Of a stretch of DNA of 26,509 nucleotides, positions 25,064-26,509 are shown piece after piece. The notes under the pieces were generated by a model. The model saw only the letters and a program-made list of their open reading frames with translations. It searched no databases and had not been told where the DNA came from. Numbering within the stretch: position 1 is the stretch's first letter; each line of letters begins with the position of its first letter. Source of the stretch: an uncultured bacterium (GTDB taxonomy: Bacteria > T1Sed10-126); NCBI GenBank assembly GCA_964566495.1, contig CAZMIT010000010.1, positions 1-26,509 of the forward strand, in the 5' to 3' direction. A program made the translations under genes and the position numbers.

Positions 25064-25964
25064 TCTCCATCATCCTCTCGAGAGCGGCGGCAGCTCGGCA
25101 GCGAATATCTTCCGACAAATTAACCTCATATTTTTCTTCTTCCAATGAGGCCAGCACATCCTCCAGGCGACTCTGCTTCATCCCTGAACAGACACGGGGG
25201 GTTCCGGCAGTGTAAAAACTACTCCCCGGAGCGATCCTCTCCAACCGATTAACCAGCCCTTGCTCGGTGCCAACAAGATATGTTCCGGCGTCACTCGCAC
25301 GAACGTGTTCAACCATGCCACCGGTCGATTCAACCCGGTCAGCAAGATCAATCACTTCACCCCGGCACTCGGGATGTACCATAAGCTCCGCCGAAGGATA
25401 ACTTTCCTGTGCTTCTTTGACTCCGGCTGTGTCAATCCGATTGTGAACGTAGCAATAACCCTCCCCGGTAACAATTTTTTTATTGACATATCTCTGGACG
25501 TAGCGCCCCAGGTTACGGTCGGGCACAAAAATAACCTCGTCCTCTTCCAGGCTGCGCACAACCTTAATAGCATTCGAAGAGGTGCAGCATATATCAGCTT
25601 CAGCTTTCACTTCCGCCGTCGTGTTAACGTAAGCGACCACGGCCGCTTCCGGGTGTTCTTCTCGCATCTCGCGCACCTCGGCGGCACTCACCATGTCAGC
25701 CATTGGACAATTAACTTCGGAAGCCGGCCGGGGTAAGAATACCCGCCGCTCCGGTGAAATAATTTTAGCTGTCTCGGCCATAAAGTTAACGCCGCAAAAA
25801 ACAATAATTTCGGCCTCGGTTTCAGCCGCCTGACGAGAAAGTCCCAGCGAGTCACCAAGGAAATCAGCGACATCGTAAATCTCGGGACGCTGGTAGTTGT
25901 GCACTAACACAACAGCGTTCCTCTGCCGCTTCAGCTCCTCAATCTTTTTTTTGACATCACTCAT
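25056..25964 (-). CDS. nadA: Quinolinate synthase NadA ([4Fe-4S])
   Basis: HNYQ, GDSL, FCGVNFMAE, CPMA, YVNT, CTSSNA, CYVH, HPEC, ST and C.GMK. Start placed at ATG 25964. Confidence 0.96.
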   Translation of the reverse strand: MSDVKKKIEELKRQRNAVVLVHNYQRPEIYDVADFLGDSLGLSRQAAETEAEIIVFCGVNFMAETAKIISPERRVFLPRPASEVNCPMADMVSAAEVREMREEHPEAAVVAYVNTTAEVKAEADICCTSSNAIKVVRSLEEDEVIFVPDRNLGRYVQRYVNKKIVTGEGYCYVHNRIDTAGVKEAQESYPSAELMVHPECRGEVIDLADRVESTGGMVEHVRASDAGTYLVGTEQGLVNRLERIAPGSSFYTAGTPRVCSGMKQSRLEDVLASLEEEKYEVNLSEDIRCRAAAALERMMEIG

Positions 25965-26340
25965 CTTTGTCACCGCTTTTAGCATAATAATCTTTTACTG
26001 CCGCTTCGATCCCTTCCTCGGCCAGAAGTGAACAGTGCCTTTTTATACGGGGAAGACCGCCAAGCGCCTCCTCAACGTCCTCATTTGATATCTCCAGAGC
26101 CTCTTTTAGCGGCTTCCCCTTAGCCAGCTCGGTAACCATAGAGGAGGTGGCAATAGCAGCCGCACAGCCAAAAGTTTTAAACTTGATGTCTTCTATCACA
26201 TCGTCGCTCACCTTTATTTGTATCGACATCTGGTCGCCACAGGTCGGATTTCCAACCTCACCGACTCCATCAGGGTTTTCCATCTCCCCCATATTTTGAG
26301 GGCTTGCAAAGTGCTCCAATACTTTTTCTGAGTAATCCAT
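25957..26340 (-). CDS. iscU: Fe-S cluster scaffold protein IscU/NifU-N
   Basis: YSEKVLEHF..P.N.G, NPTCGD, FKTFGC..AIA and HCS. Start placed at ATG 26340 (SD AAGGTG). Confidence 0.95.
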   Translation of the reverse strand: MDYSEKVLEHFASPQNMGEMENPDGVGEVGNPTCGDQMSIQIKVSDDVIEDIKFKTFGCAAAIATSSMVTELAKGKPLKEALEISNEDVEEALGGLPRIKRHCSLLAEEGIEAAVKDYYAKSGDKDE

Positions 26341-26454
26341 GCTTAACACCTTGTTATCAAAAAATTAAGTCAACTAAATTTTTGGATTTTTTCCGTTCTG
26401 AGGACCGATATATTTCTGACATCATTCTCGTGGCCCTCGTGGCCACTTCCGAGG

Positions 26455-26501
26455 TATAAAGACCTCAAAACAACCCCATCCTGGGGTTTGAGGTCTTTAT
26501 A
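26455..26501. terminator. Strong stem-loop upstream of iscU (terminator or attenuator)
   Basis: Perfect 15-bp inverted repeat TATAAAGACCTCAAA/TTTGAGGTCTTTATA with inner CCCCA/TGGGG stem. The U-tail is short. Confidence 0.55.
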
Positions 26502-26509
26502 AATCCGTC

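Overview
Mostly core-genome DNA from an unidentified bacterium, probably an anaerobe or facultative anaerobe. Several cytoplasmic proteins look unusually Asp/Glu-rich by eye. Left to right: tRNA-Val(TAC), a PilT/PilU retraction ATPase, a D-2-hydroxyacid dehydrogenase, a 450-bp intergenic mosaic of short degenerate repeats, and a two-gene 2-oxoacid (pyruvate-type):ferredoxin oxidoreductase (gamma-delta and alpha-beta fusions). Then an orphan Maf/DUF115-family gene, the minus-strand dcw cluster (mraZ-rsmH-ftsL-murE-murF-mraY-murD-ftsW-murC-murB-ddl-ftsQ-ftsA-ftsZ), a REP-like repeat cassette, RNase P RNA and an iscU-nadA-mnmA operon. I found no CRISPR array, transposase, integrase or defence system, and I cannot support a wholly new system. 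The best oddities are variants of core machinery: (1) an RNase P RNA that appears to lack P6/P16/P17 and has a long P13; (2) an MnmA lacking the conserved C-terminal catalytic Cys, coupled to iscU and nadA; (3) a dcw cluster cleanly missing both ftsI and murG; (4) recurring degenerate 6-8-mer repeat tracts and REP-like palindromes in intergenic DNA. All structure and family calls are by eye, without database searches.
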